From a virus, in IMG/VR virus record IMGVR_UViG_3300003691_000002, positions 24,691 through 88,690 of that record: a stretch of 64,000 bases of DNA; one strand, 5' to 3'. Positions 46,765 to 57,231 of this stretch are shown here, piece by piece; the stretch's first letter is position 1; each line of letters opens with the position of its first letter. The notes under the pieces were generated by a model. The model was not told the DNA's origin. It saw nothing but the letters and a program-made list of their open reading frames with translations, and did not search any database. Made by a program: the position numbers and the translations under genes.

Positions 46765-47029
46765 TATAAAAGATTTTATTTTTGGTAATTTATATTACTA
46801 TTATAAAAAAATATTACCTATACCAAAATACATAGAAGAGCAATTAGAATATAGAAAAAGTAAATGTAAAGACGATTGTATACCACAGGGTAAATGTATC
46901 ATTTGTCAGTGTCCTCCACTTAAAAAACATACAGTTGTAAAGTCTTGTAATCCTGATAGATTTCCTGATTTAATGAAAGAAGAAGATTGGGAAAAATTTA
47001 AAGAAAATGAAAAACTTCGTTTCACCTAA
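46742..47029 (+). CDS. Cys-rich hypothetical protein
   Basis: CKDDC...GKCIICQC...SC pattern. Confidence 0.65.
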   Translation: MKKITIHNIKDFIFGNLYYYYKKILPIPKYIEEQLEYRKSKCKDDCIPQGKCIICQCPPLKKHTVVKSCNPDRFPDLMKEEDWEKFKENEKLRFT

Positions 47030-47195
47030 AACATCTGCTTTAGAAGCATTACAAGACATAGAAAAAATATTGGAGGGCTTAAAAGAATTAGAAACAGAAG
47101 ACACTTACTATACTTATGATTTACAATTAAGACCTTACAACGAAAAAGGTTATAAATGGGAATTGAAGTTAAAATTAGAAAAGCATGAGCGATAA
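47007..47195 (+). CDS. Hypothetical protein
   Basis: 62-aa ORF in the operon. Confidence 0.55.
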   Translation: MKNFVSPKTSALEALQDIEKILEGLKELETEDTYYTYDLQLRPYNEKGYKWELKLKLEKHER

Positions 47196-47493
47196 AGAAA
47201 AAGTATTAAAGTATTTTACAGAGCTTGTGGAATTTTTAGAATACCACAACTCTATGTCCCCTTTTCCCGTTTATGACTCTGAGTTTGTAGAAGTAACAAA
47301 ACAAAAATTAGAAGAAATGAAACAAAGGGAAAATTATGATGATTTACCTGTCACTGCTTGTAAATATTGTAATAGCTTATCGTTAGTTGTGGATGAACAG
47401 GAAAATGATGTTTGTACTAAATGTGGAGCTATTAATGAGGTAAATATATTTGACAATATTTTTAAGTATCTAGAAACTAAGGATGGACAATAA
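47185..47493 (+). CDS. Zinc-ribbon protein
   Basis: CKYC.SL...CTKCG. Confidence 0.7.
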   Translation: MSDKEKVLKYFTELVEFLEYHNSMSPFPVYDSEFVEVTKQKLEEMKQRENYDDLPVTACKYCNSLSLVVDEQENDVCTKCGAINEVNIFDNIFKYLETKDGQ

Positions 47494-48130
47494 AGATAAA
47501 AGAAAATTAAAAAATGAGCCTAGATTAAATGTAACTCTTAATGAAGAACAAAAAGAAGTAGTAAAAGCTTTTTATGAGTATGATGTAAATTTTATATTAG
47601 GAGATTTTGGATCAGGTAAATCACTAGCAGCAGTATATACAGCTATTGCTGCATTTAGAAAAAAACAATTTAATAAAATATGGATAACACGCCCAATTCT
47701 AAAGAGCAATCTAGCAACCTTGCCTGGGAATATAGAGGAGAAGATGCATCCTTATGTCTTCCCGATTTTACAGAATTTAGATGTTTGCCAAGGAAAGCAG
47801 ACAACAGAAAGACAGAAGAAGAATGGGGAGATAGAGATTATGCCAATCTCGGTGGCAAAAGGTGTTACCTTCATGGATAGTGTAGTTATTGTAGACGAAT
47901 TCCAGGATATGAATTACCAAGACTTTAGAACAATACTAACTCGTTTAGGAAAGGATAGTAAAATTATCTTTTGTGGTAGTACACAACAGATAGACCAAAG
48001 TATGAATGGCAGTAGCTGTATACATAATGTACTAAAGTTAAAGGAGTCTGGGTTAGTAGGGTGGACAGAATTAACAGCTAATCATAGGAATGAAGTGTTG
48101 ACTAAGATTATAAATTATTTAGAGAAATGA
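47483..48130 (+). CDS. phoH: PhoH-like ATPase
   Basis: GDFGSGKS, ITRP, LPG.IEEK, KGVTF, VDEFQD, LTRLG..SK..FCG...Q.D, NHR. Confidence 0.9.
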   Translation: MDNKDKRKLKNEPRLNVTLNEEQKEVVKAFYEYDVNFILGDFGSGKSLAAVYTAIAAFRKKQFNKIWITRPILKSNLATLPGNIEEKMHPYVFPILQNLDVCQGKQTTERQKKNGEIEIMPISVAKGVTFMDSVVIVDEFQDMNYQDFRTILTRLGKDSKIIFCGSTQQIDQSMNGSSCIHNVLKLKESGLVGWTELTANHRNEVLTKIINYLEK

Positions 48131-48513
48131 AGAACTCAAGAATAGCTAATATAAATATAAAGTTAAAAGACTTATTTTATAAATGGATTGAATTCACACA
48201 TCCCTTTCATAAATTACCAGGTCAACAACAAAAAATATTGGCTTTATTTTTGTATTACCATTTTATTTATAAACAACAAATAACAAATGATAAAATCCTT
48301 TGGAAAACTGTATTTGACTATGACACTAAAATGTTAATAAAACAAGAGCTTGGCATTAAAGACCCAGGGTTTCAAAATGTAATGTCTTCCCTTAGAAAAA
48401 AAGGTATTATTAAAGATAAACAAATCCAGTCTTTTTATATACCTAACTTAGAAAAAGATTCTAATAACTTTAAAATTATTTTTAACTTTAATATTATAGA
48501 TGCAAAGAGATGA
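48127..48513 (+). CDS. Putative winged-helix DNA-binding protein
   Basis: IKQELGI....FQNVMSSLRKKG.I pattern. Confidence 0.5.
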   Translation: MKNSRIANINIKLKDLFYKWIEFTHPFHKLPGQQQKILALFLYYHFIYKQQITNDKILWKTVFDYDTKMLIKQELGIKDPGFQNVMSSLRKKGIIKDKQIQSFYIPNLEKDSNNFKIIFNFNIIDAKR

Positions 48514-48769
48514 AAAAGAAATAAAAGATTTAATACACAGGATAGGATTAAAACACAACCTTCCAGATAATGTTGTTAAACAAATAGTAGAGTCACCTTT
48601 TTTATTTGCAAAAGAAGTTACAATTAATATAGACTTTAAAGAGATTAAAACACTGGAAGATTTAGAAAAAACAAAAACAAATTTTTATTTTTTAAGACTA
48701 GGGAAACTACACATACCCTTATTAAAAACAAAACTAGATATAATTAAAAGAAAATGGACAATATCTTAG
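48500..48769 (+). CDS. HU/IHF-like DNA-binding protein
   Basis: LI..IG.K.NLP...V..IV..PF helix pair followed by F.RLGKL strand. Confidence 0.55.
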   Translation: MQRDEKEIKDLIHRIGLKHNLPDNVVKQIVESPFLFAKEVTINIDFKEIKTLEDLEKTKTNFYFLRLGKLHIPLLKTKLDIIKRKWTIS

Positions 48770-49065
48770 AGAATGTTACAAAAGAAGAAGTACTGGCAAT
48801 GATAGATAATTTTCCTATCAAACCAATGAGTACTAAAATTATTGCCACTATTAATAGTGAAGTATCTTTAAAATCCCAAGAAAATGAGATGGAAGATGTT
48901 CAATATGTAGTAGCAGTAGGAGACGAAGTAAAAGAAGTATCTCCAGGGGATTCAGTTATATTAGATATTACAAGAATACCCAATGCGTGCCAAATAGTAA
49001 AAGTGGGAGATTTTACTTTTCAATTTTTAACAGAATTTCAAATAAACGCAATTGATAACAGATAA
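48754..49065 (+). CDS. GroES-like co-chaperonin
   Basis: IKPM..KII, VVAVG..VKEV.PGD.V, E..I.AI. Confidence 0.7.
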   Translation: MDNILENVTKEEVLAMIDNFPIKPMSTKIIATINSEVSLKSQENEMEDVQYVVAVGDEVKEVSPGDSVILDITRIPNACQIVKVGDFTFQFLTEFQINAIDNR

Positions 49066-49067
49066 TT

Positions 49068-49262
49068 ATGGAAGAAAATTTAAAATTATTACAAGTAATA
49101 GAAAATGCTTTAAACCTAGCTAATCAAAAGGGAGCATTTAATTTAAAAGAAGCGTCGTTTGTAGCTTCAGCATTTGAAAGATTAGCAAAGAATTTGCAGG
49201 ATGAAGAGGTGCTTACAGTGCCAGAACCAAAATCTTCTGACAATGAAAAAAGTAAAAAATAA
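49068..49262 (+). CDS. Hypothetical protein
   Basis: 64 aa; ALN.A..KGAF.L.EA pattern. Confidence 0.65.
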   Translation: MEENLKLLQVIENALNLANQKGAFNLKEASFVASAFERLAKNLQDEEVLTVPEPKSSDNEKSKK

Positions 49263-49819
49263 TGAAGCTAATTAAATTAGAAAATTGGGCAATAGTAGCC
49301 TCCGAGGAAACTTGGGGGCTACAGCCTTTTGCTGCTATTTTAAAAAGAGATAAAACAAAAAATAAAGAAATAGCACATAAAGAATTATTATATATTTATT
49401 ATTTTTGTAGTATTAAATCTGATTATTTATCAATCCCAGAAGATAAAAGAGGAGAAGAAATAAAGAAAGATGTAGGATTGCCTGATAAATGGACGCAAGA
49501 TGAAGTAATAACTAATGCTATTAATTTTTATAATAGTTTTGATAGTCCCCTGGAGACTTTATATAGACAGACACTTACGGCTGTTCAAGCTATTGGAAAG
49601 TATTTAGAAAACACAGAAGCGTTATTAGCAGAAAGAGATGTAGCAGGTAAACCAGTTTATGATATATCTAAAATAACTACTTCTGTGCAAAGAGTTCCAA
49701 AGCTTATGGCAGATATAAAAGCTGCTTATAAAGAAGTAATAAAAGAACAAGAAGATAACGAAAACAAAACTAAAGGAAGTAAAAAGTTTAATACATATGA
49801 AGACCTCGACGGATTTTAA
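49262..49819 (+). CDS. Conserved crAss-like protein (terminase small subunit candidate)
   Basis: Helical, 185 aa, near TerL; function inferred from position only. Confidence 0.4.
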   Translation: MKLIKLENWAIVASEETWGLQPFAAILKRDKTKNKEIAHKELLYIYYFCSIKSDYLSIPEDKRGEEIKKDVGLPDKWTQDEVITNAINFYNSFDSPLETLYRQTLTAVQAIGKYLENTEALLAERDVAGKPVYDISKITTSVQRVPKLMADIKAAYKEVIKEQEDNENKTKGSKKFNTYEDLDGF

Positions 49820-51230
49820 AGAGATAGAGTATAACAAAGATTTGCTATTTGAAGGTGTTACTGAAATGGCAGAGGCTGTAGGTTCTACTATGGGACCTTA
49901 TGGTAAAACAATTATTATTAAAGATGAGACAGGAACACCTAAAATTACTAAAGATGGTGTTTCAGTGGCTAAGTCTGTTTATTTTCATAACCCTATAAAG
50001 TATACAGGAGCTATTTTGGCTAAACAAGCAGCTATGAAAACAGTAGAAGAAGCAGGAGATGGAACCACTGCTACTACAGTTATTTTAAATAAACTTATAA
50101 ATAATAAAACCTTACAAGAACTAGATGAAAAAACAAGGCTAAAATATTTCAATGAAATAGAAGAAACTGTATATAAATATTTAAATAAAATAGCTACCAA
50201 AGTTAATCATTACGACTCAGACCTAATAGAAAATTTAGCAGCTGTATCTTCTAATGATTCCTATATTGGTAAGCTGATATCGGTTGCTTTTAAACCTACA
50301 GACAATGTAGTAGTTAAAAAAACAGATAAAACTCAGGACTCTGTTAAGACTGTTAATGGTATGAATATACCTACTGGGATATTTGATAATGCTTTTATTA
50401 ATGATCCTAAAACACAGTCTGTAGTGTATGATAAATGTCATTTTATTCTAATCAATGAACATGTAGATAATTTAAAAAAATATGCTGATTTTTTAGAAAA
50501 AATAACTGAAGATAATCCTTTACCTGTTATTATTATGGCAGAGCATTTTTCAGACTCTGTTATTAATCAATTAAGAAGTGTTTATAATAGTGGTACTTTA
50601 AAACTTGCTCTTATAAAAACCCCTGGGTATGCTGAACATAGACAAAACTTAATAAAAGACTTTAGTAAAACTATAGCTCCTGAAGTTAATCCTTTTCTAA
50701 AAGCAGTTCATTATGGGGTTATTAATTCTATTGTAGCCAGTAAAAAAGAAGTTGTTATTCAGTATGACAGGGATACCTCTGCAGATAACTATTTAAAAGA
50801 GCTTAAAAAAATAGAAGAAACTGGATATACTAAAGAGCTTTTACAACGTCGTATACAAATGTTAGAATCATCTTTGTCTGTTATTGAAGTAGGAGCAGAC
50901 ACTGTGGTAGAGTTAGATGAAAAATACGATAGAATAGAAGATGCAGTATTAGCAGTTAAATGCGCTATAGAAGAAGGATATGTAGCAGGTAGAGGAAGTG
51001 CTTTACAATTGTATGTTCAAAAATTTGGAAATAGCAATCCAGTAGCTTCTTCTTTACTTGCTCCTACTACTTGGATTTATAACAATGCAGGCGAAAGTAT
51101 AGAGTATAAAAATTCAGAAGAGCTTTTACAAGAAGGTATTATAGACCCTGTAAAAGTAATTAAAACTGCTGTTAAAAATGCTTTTTCTGTAGCTAAAACT
51201 ATGCTAAATACTAAAGCAATTATTGTATGA
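49797..51230 (+). CDS. groEL: GroEL-like chaperonin (477 aa, shortened)
   Basis: TMGPYG, ITKDGVSVA, AGDGTT, PGY...R, VGA...E..E..DRIEDA..A, G.G, IIDP.KV. Confidence 0.9.
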   Translation: MKTSTDFKEIEYNKDLLFEGVTEMAEAVGSTMGPYGKTIIIKDETGTPKITKDGVSVAKSVYFHNPIKYTGAILAKQAAMKTVEEAGDGTTATTVILNKLINNKTLQELDEKTRLKYFNEIEETVYKYLNKIATKVNHYDSDLIENLAAVSSNDSYIGKLISVAFKPTDNVVVKKTDKTQDSVKTVNGMNIPTGIFDNAFINDPKTQSVVYDKCHFILINEHVDNLKKYADFLEKITEDNPLPVIIMAEHFSDSVINQLRSVYNSGTLKLALIKTPGYAEHRQNLIKDFSKTIAPEVNPFLKAVHYGVINSIVASKKEVVIQYDRDTSADNYLKELKKIEETGYTKELLQRRIQMLESSLSVIEVGADTVVELDEKYDRIEDAVLAVKCAIEEGYVAGRGSALQLYVQKFGNSNPVASSLLAPTTWIYNNAGESIEYKNSEELLQEGIIDPVKVIKTAVKNAFSVAKTMLNTKAIIV

Positions 51231-53482
51231 TAGAAATGAATAAATACCAAACCCCTTTATCTAAAGAGCTTCAAGAAGAAACTCCAAAGGAGGTTTGGGA
51301 CAATGTTTTAGAATATATATCACAAGTCAAATTTATTCAAAATTTAATAGATAAAGATCGTAAGTATGTCAAAGACTTACCTGTGGCTACTTATAAAAAT
51401 AGCAAAGGAGAAGATATAGAATATGAAGATGGTAGGAAACACATAGATATTACTCAGCCCCATATTTTAGAGGATATGGATTATTTTAGAGAAGCTGCTA
51501 TTAATTTTAAAAAAAATGGTAGATACACTAATTTAGTTCCTAATAGTAATCCTCGCTCAGAGTATGGACAATTTTGGAAAGAAGAGCTACGTCGATGGGA
51601 GTATGGATTAGTTAGACCAGATGGGGAATGGATTCCAGGGGAATTATATTTTTACTGGAACTATTCCCAAATCTGGATGGGAGATCAAAGAGACAAAGAA
51701 AAAACCTCTAAGCGGGGTCAAAGGGTAAAAGAATTCCCTAAGCCTTGGTTAGGGGATTATTTGTTTTTTCATTATGTAGATCAAGCCAAGGAAAGGGGTA
51801 TGCATGGAAAGCTTCTTAAAGCAAGGGGTGTAGGATTTTCATTTAAAGCAGGAGCTTGGTCACCTCGTAATATGTATGTGCATAGAGGAGAAGGTAATCC
51901 TAATTTCCACCTTGCTTCTGATAAAACATTCTTATCTGGAGATAAAGGTATATGGGGTAAAGTATTGGCTACTCTTGATTTTATAGCAGATAACACTCCA
52001 CTTCCTCGTATGAGGCTTGTGGATGGTAAAAGAGCTATGGAGGTTCAGTTAGGATATGAAGATGAATATGGTCGTCGTAGAGGAGTATTATCTTCTGTAT
52101 TTGGCATATCTTTAAAAGATAATCCTGACAAAGCAAGGGGTATTAGGGGTCCTTTTATTCATTATGAAGAAGATGGGTTATTCCCTAACTTAGAAAAAGC
52201 TTGGAACGTAAATAGACAAGCTGTGGAAGATGGGGGACTTGCTACAGGATTTATGCTTGCTGGAGGTACTGGTGGAGTTGAAGGTGCTTCTTTTGAAGGT
52301 TCAGAAAAATTATTTTATAAACCAGAAGCTTATAATATTTATGGTATACCCAATGTATATGATAGAAATACAGATGGGCAAACTAATTGTGGGTTTTTCT
52401 GGGGTGCTTATTTAAATCGTAATTTATGCTATGACCAGGAAAATGGAGAAACTGATGTTATTAAAGCATTAATAGAAATTTGCACAGAAAGGTTTAAAAT
52501 TAAATATAGCTCCTCTGACGCATTGGCTTTAACGCAGAAAAAAGCAGAGCTACCAATTACTCCTCAAGAAGCTGTTATGCGCACAGAAGGAACTGTTTTC
52601 CCTGTGGCAGAGCTTAAAGAATACCTTGAAAACATAATGGTAAAAAGAGATTCTTTCCTAGCTGAACATTATGTAGGAGAACTTATTACTAATCCAGCAG
52701 GTATAATAGAATGGAGACCTACAGATAAACATCCTATTCGTTCTTATGATGTTACAGGAGATAGAACGGGTTGTTTAGAAATATTTGAAATGCCTAAAAC
52801 AGGAGCAGAAGGAAATATTGTAAGAGGTAGATATATAGCAGGAATTGACCCTATTGATGCTGATACTGGTCCTTCTTTATTTAGTATGCTTGTAATGGAT
52901 ACTTTTACAGATAGAATAGTAGCAGAATATTCAGGTAGACCACGTACAGCTAATGAAGCTTATGAAATAGCTTTAAAAACTTTAAAGTTTTATAATGCAG
53001 AAGCAAACTATGAGATGAACTTAAAAGGGTTATTTTCTTATTTTGATAAACATAATGCACTACATTACTTGGCAGATACTCCGCAAATATTAAAAGATAT
53101 GGAGCTTGTAAAAGCTACTAACCTCTATGGTAATAAAGCTAAAGGAACTAGAGCTAACGCTCAAATAAATTCCTGGGGAAGATTACTTCAAGCGGATTGG
53201 CAAAGGAGTAAAGCTTATGGAGCTGATGATGATCCTAGATTAAATCTTCATAAAATAAGATCGTTAGCTTACCTTGAAGAATGTATAAAATGGAATCCAG
53301 ATGGTAACTTTGATAGGGTATCTGCAGGAGTAATGTTGTTTATACTTAGAGAAGATAGAGTCAAAAGAACAGAAAGTGCTAGAAAGAATAATGAGCAAGT
53401 AGGAACAAAACTAGCAAATGATCCATTTTTTAAGAAAAATTATAAAATAAACGGATATAATGATATAATTATGGATATATAA
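51227..53482 (+). CDS. terL: Terminase large subunit
   Basis: KARGVGFS (crAss-type Walker A), YEEDG, GGTGG, AGIDP nuclease motif, GNFDRVSA. Confidence 0.9.
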   Translation: MIEMNKYQTPLSKELQEETPKEVWDNVLEYISQVKFIQNLIDKDRKYVKDLPVATYKNSKGEDIEYEDGRKHIDITQPHILEDMDYFREAAINFKKNGRYTNLVPNSNPRSEYGQFWKEELRRWEYGLVRPDGEWIPGELYFYWNYSQIWMGDQRDKEKTSKRGQRVKEFPKPWLGDYLFFHYVDQAKERGMHGKLLKARGVGFSFKAGAWSPRNMYVHRGEGNPNFHLASDKTFLSGDKGIWGKVLATLDFIADNTPLPRMRLVDGKRAMEVQLGYEDEYGRRRGVLSSVFGISLKDNPDKARGIRGPFIHYEEDGLFPNLEKAWNVNRQAVEDGGLATGFMLAGGTGGVEGASFEGSEKLFYKPEAYNIYGIPNVYDRNTDGQTNCGFFWGAYLNRNLCYDQENGETDVIKALIEICTERFKIKYSSSDALALTQKKAELPITPQEAVMRTEGTVFPVAELKEYLENIMVKRDSFLAEHYVGELITNPAGIIEWRPTDKHPIRSYDVTGDRTGCLEIFEMPKTGAEGNIVRGRYIAGIDPIDADTGPSLFSMLVMDTFTDRIVAEYSGRPRTANEAYEIALKTLKFYNAEANYEMNLKGLFSYFDKHNALHYLADTPQILKDMELVKATNLYGNKAKGTRANAQINSWGRLLQADWQRSKAYGADDDPRLNLHKIRSLAYLEECIKWNPDGNFDRVSAGVMLFILREDRVKRTESARKNNEQVGTKLANDPFFKKNYKINGYNDIIMDI

Positions 53483-53527
53483 AAGCTATGAATTAAAAAA
53501 ATTACAATAAAAAAAGTAATAAAACCA

Positions 53528-53558
53528 TTGCTTTTAGCTTTTAAATTTCTTATATTTA
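53528..53558 (+). promoter_or_regulatory. Bacteroidota-type promoter upstream of portal
   Basis: TTG-N20-TATATTTA (one mismatch to TAnnTTTG). Confidence 0.6.
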
Positions 53559-53576
53559 CATGTTTAAACAAAAATA

Positions 53577-55964
53577 ATGGGTAGAATTAATTCACTTAAT
53601 GCTCCTCCACAAAGACTTCCTTGGAGTAAAAAAACTAAAGAGTGGAGGAAAGAAAACTTAGACAGTGCGGATAAGCATTCTTTTTATCACAATGAATCTG
53701 TACGCCAAAGTTTAAGGAATAAGATCATAAATTTAAATCTATATAATGGGCTTGTCAATATAAAAGACTTAACTGATGTTGTCAATCCTTTTCATATGGA
53801 TGCTTCTTTTATACCTGATAATATTCCACACCATCCTATTGCAGTACCTAAAATTAACTTACTTGTAGGAGAAGAAAGTAAGCGTAGGTTTGATTGGAAG
53901 TTTGTAGTTAGTAATCCTGACGCTGTTTCTGCTAAAGAAGAGCAAAGACATAAGGCTTTAATGGAAAGACTTGTAGGGTTTGTTAATGCTAATTACTTAG
54001 ATGAAGAAGCAGAAAAGAAATTACAAGAATTAGAAAAATGGTTAAAATATGATTGGCAAGATATGCGTGAACGCATGGCTAATCAAATTGTAAGGCATTA
54101 TTATAAAGAACAAAACTTTCAAGATATATTTTTAAAAGGGTTCAAAGACGCCCTTATAATGGGAGAAGAAATATATCAAATAGATATTGTTCACGATGAA
54201 CCATTACTTCAAAAGCTTAATCCTTTAAAAGTTCATTCAGTAAGAAGTGGTAACTCTGATAGAATAGAGGATTCTTCTATTATAATTATAGAAGACCATT
54301 GGAGTCCTGGTAGAATTGTTGACACTTTTTATGAAGAGTTAAAGCCAGAAGATATTGATTATATTTTAGAATATACTACAACTAAAAGTAGTGGTAGTTA
54401 TGCTGATGACCATAATAATCATGTTCTTTTAAGAGATTCTTTAGAAGGAGTAGAACATCATCATTTATATGAAAATTTATTTTCAATTGCAGAAATAAAC
54501 GGACATTATTTTGGTTCTGACTTTACTGATGAGAATGGTAACATACGAGTATTTAGATGTTATTGGAAGTCTTTAAAGAAAGTAAAAAAAGTAAAATTTT
54601 ATGATGAGATTGGAGAAGTTGATTATAAAATAATGTCAGAAGAATATGTACCAAATAAAGAAATGGGGGAAGAAGCCACTTCTTTATGGGTAAATGAATG
54701 GTGGGAAGGCACTAAGATTGGAAAAGATATATACCTTCAGATGCGACCACGTCCTGTACAATTTAATAAATTTAATAATCCTTCTTATTGTCATCCAGGT
54801 ATTGTAGGACAAATATATAATACAAATCAAAGTAGAGCAGTGTCTTTAATGGACAGAATGAAAAACTACCAGTATATGTATGATGTAATTTGGGATAGGT
54901 TAAATAAAGCTATTGCTACAAATTACGGTAAGATATTTGAACTTGATTTAGCTAAAGTTCCTGCAAACTGGGAAATAGAGAAATGGTTACATTTTGCTAT
55001 TGTAAATAAAATAGCAGTAATAGATTCTTTTAAAGAAGGTACCCAAGGAGCTGCTACTGGTAAATTAGCGGGAGGTATGAATACTCAAGGTGGTAGAGCT
55101 ATTGATATGGAGACTGGAGCTTATATACAGCAACATATCCAGTTACTTGAGTATATTAAAAATGAAATGTCTGAGATTGCAGGAGTAACTAAGCAAAGAG
55201 AAGGAGCAATACATCAGAATGAAACTGCTTCTGGCGTAGAAAGGTCTGTAAACCAATCTTCACATATTACAGAGTATTGGTTCCATCAACACGAACAGGT
55301 AAAGCTAAGAGTATTAGAATGTTTCTTAGAATCTGCTAAAGTTGCTTTAAAAGGAAATAATAAAAAAGTACAAAACATATTAGATGACGAAAGTATACAA
55401 ATCATTAATATTGATGGGGATGCTATTAGCGATATTGACTATGGTGTGGTATGCACTAGTTCGTCTAAAGCGCAAGAGCTAGAAATGTTCCTAAAACAAA
55501 ATGCCCAGGCTTATATGCAAAATGGTGGAAGCTTTACTTCTTTAATGGATATTTACTTTAGTCCTTCACTTGCTGATATGAGGCGTAAATTAGAAATTGC
55601 AGAAGAAGAAGCTTATGCTAGAAATTCTAAACAAGCAGAAGAAGCTAATAAATTAGCACAACAAGCCCAAGCAGATGCTAAAGCTTTAGAAGATGCTAAA
55701 CTAATGCTTGAAGATGTTATGAATCAAAGAGACAATGAAACTAAAATTTATATTGCAGAGCTAGGATTGCTTAATAAAGAGCCTGAAGGGGATGGTATTA
55801 TAGACCCAATGGAGCAAAAGAAGTTTGATCTAGATGTTAAAAAACAAAAAGAAGAGTTAATGATTAAAATGAAAACATTAGATCAAGATATGAAAAAACA
55901 TAAAGATAATGTCAAATTAAAAGAAAAACAATTAGCTAAAAAACCTGCAACAAGCGCAAGTTAA
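53577..55964 (+). CDS. Portal protein
   Basis: 795 aa directly after TerL; PKINLLVGEE..R.F, AGVTKQREG, coiled-coil C-terminus typical of crAss portals. Confidence 0.9.
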   Translation: MGRINSLNAPPQRLPWSKKTKEWRKENLDSADKHSFYHNESVRQSLRNKIINLNLYNGLVNIKDLTDVVNPFHMDASFIPDNIPHHPIAVPKINLLVGEESKRRFDWKFVVSNPDAVSAKEEQRHKALMERLVGFVNANYLDEEAEKKLQELEKWLKYDWQDMRERMANQIVRHYYKEQNFQDIFLKGFKDALIMGEEIYQIDIVHDEPLLQKLNPLKVHSVRSGNSDRIEDSSIIIIEDHWSPGRIVDTFYEELKPEDIDYILEYTTTKSSGSYADDHNNHVLLRDSLEGVEHHHLYENLFSIAEINGHYFGSDFTDENGNIRVFRCYWKSLKKVKKVKFYDEIGEVDYKIMSEEYVPNKEMGEEATSLWVNEWWEGTKIGKDIYLQMRPRPVQFNKFNNPSYCHPGIVGQIYNTNQSRAVSLMDRMKNYQYMYDVIWDRLNKAIATNYGKIFELDLAKVPANWEIEKWLHFAIVNKIAVIDSFKEGTQGAATGKLAGGMNTQGGRAIDMETGAYIQQHIQLLEYIKNEMSEIAGVTKQREGAIHQNETASGVERSVNQSSHITEYWFHQHEQVKLRVLECFLESAKVALKGNNKKVQNILDDESIQIINIDGDAISDIDYGVVCTSSSKAQELEMFLKQNAQAYMQNGGSFTSLMDIYFSPSLADMRRKLEIAEEEAYARNSKQAEEANKLAQQAQADAKALEDAKLMLEDVMNQRDNETKIYIAELGLLNKEPEGDGIIDPMEQKKFDLDVKKQKEELMIKMKTLDQDMKKHKDNVKLKEKQLAKKPATSAS

Positions 55965-56010
55965 AAGCTATAAGAAATCTGTTTAAATTTAAATTAACTT
56001 AAAATTACTA

Positions 56011-56041
56011 TTGACAAATATAATAAAATTGATTATATTTG
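56011..56041 (+). promoter_or_regulatory. Bacteroidota-type promoter for the capsid operon
   Basis: TTG-N20-TATATTTG. Confidence 0.75.
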
Positions 56042-56059
56042 CTAAATACGGGAGAAATT

Positions 56060-57196
56060 ATGGAAGAACAAAATGACACAGGACTTGATATGAGTCTTTT
56101 CAATTCAGATGGAATTGAATTAAACATGGAGGGGGCTCCAGACGATGTTAAAGATTTTTTAAACACAGAGGAAAAGCCTCCTGAAGAAACGGAAACAGAT
56201 AAAGAAACTGTAGAAGAACCAGAAGATATTAATGCACCTGATGAGGACGAAAGTCCAGAGGACGTAGTCGGGGAAGAAGGTCTAGAGGATGGTAGTGACG
56301 ATGATGATGCTACTTCTCCCAATCTCTTTTCTTCCTTTGCGTCGGAACTTCATTCTGAAGGATTGCTACCATCAATAGACCTTGAAAACACAGAGATTAA
56401 AGATATTAATGATTTAGCTAATGTCTTTAAAACTCAGATGGAAGCACAAACCAAAGAATATCTAGTTAATAAATTAGGGGAAGAAGGTTACGATGCTTTA
56501 GAAAAAGGGGTTAGTTTGGCAGAATACCAAGCATACCAACAAAGAACTACTAATCTAGAAAGTATTACTGATGAAGTTTTAGAACAAAATATAGAACTTG
56601 CTAAAGAAGTTATACTTCAAGATTATATTAATCAAGGCTTAGACCCTGATAGAGCTAAAAGAATTTTAGCAAAAACCATAGATTTAGGAGAAGATCAAGT
56701 ATTAGCAGATGCTAAAGAATCTATGGAGAGTTTGAAAAAGTTTGAAGCTCTAAAATTAGAACACATAAAAGCTGAAAATGAGCAAAGACAATTAGAAATG
56801 GCTCGTCAGCAAGAAAAAATAGATAACGATTTAAAAAACGCTATTTATAAGACACAGGAAATTATCAAAGGTCTCCCCATTACTAAGCAAATGCAAGACC
56901 AGGTTTATAAGTCAATTACAACTATTGTAGATCAAGCACCTGGAGGAGTAAATGAAAACAAGCTAATGAGTGACCGAAGAAAAGATCCTATTAACTTTGA
57001 TACTAAACTATACTATATCTACGAACTTACAAAAGGATTTGAAGATTTTTCAATGTTTGGAAAAGCAGAAAAAAAGAAAGCAGTTTCTGATTTTGAAAAA
57101 GCATTAAAACAAGCAAGAGTAGTAGATAATGGAAATCCCTCATATACACAGGACCCAGAAAGTTATGGTGGTATCGGTTCAGAAATTGTAATATAA
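56060..57196 (+). CDS. Acidic scaffold-like capsid assembly protein
   Basis: Very acidic N-terminus and coiled coil, between portal and MCP. ATG at 56060 lies downstream of the promoter. Confidence 0.7.
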   Translation: MEEQNDTGLDMSLFNSDGIELNMEGAPDDVKDFLNTEEKPPEETETDKETVEEPEDINAPDEDESPEDVVGEEGLEDGSDDDDATSPNLFSSFASELHSEGLLPSIDLENTEIKDINDLANVFKTQMEAQTKEYLVNKLGEEGYDALEKGVSLAEYQAYQQRTTNLESITDEVLEQNIELAKEVILQDYINQGLDPDRAKRILAKTIDLGEDQVLADAKESMESLKKFEALKLEHIKAENEQRQLEMARQQEKIDNDLKNAIYKTQEIIKGLPITKQMQDQVYKSITTIVDQAPGGVNENKLMSDRRKDPINFDTKLYYIYELTKGFEDFSMFGKAEKKKAVSDFEKALKQARVVDNGNPSYTQDPESYGGIGSEIVI

Positions 57197-57231
57197 TACA
57201 TATTAATATAAATTAAAAAAACAATTAAATT

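Noticed and set aside
36000-53482. Additional introns or inteins in polA, terL or nrdAB
   Set aside because: These ORFs are continuous, of expected length and show no intein motifs. I did not notice a second set of group I P/Q/R/S elements, though only by eye.
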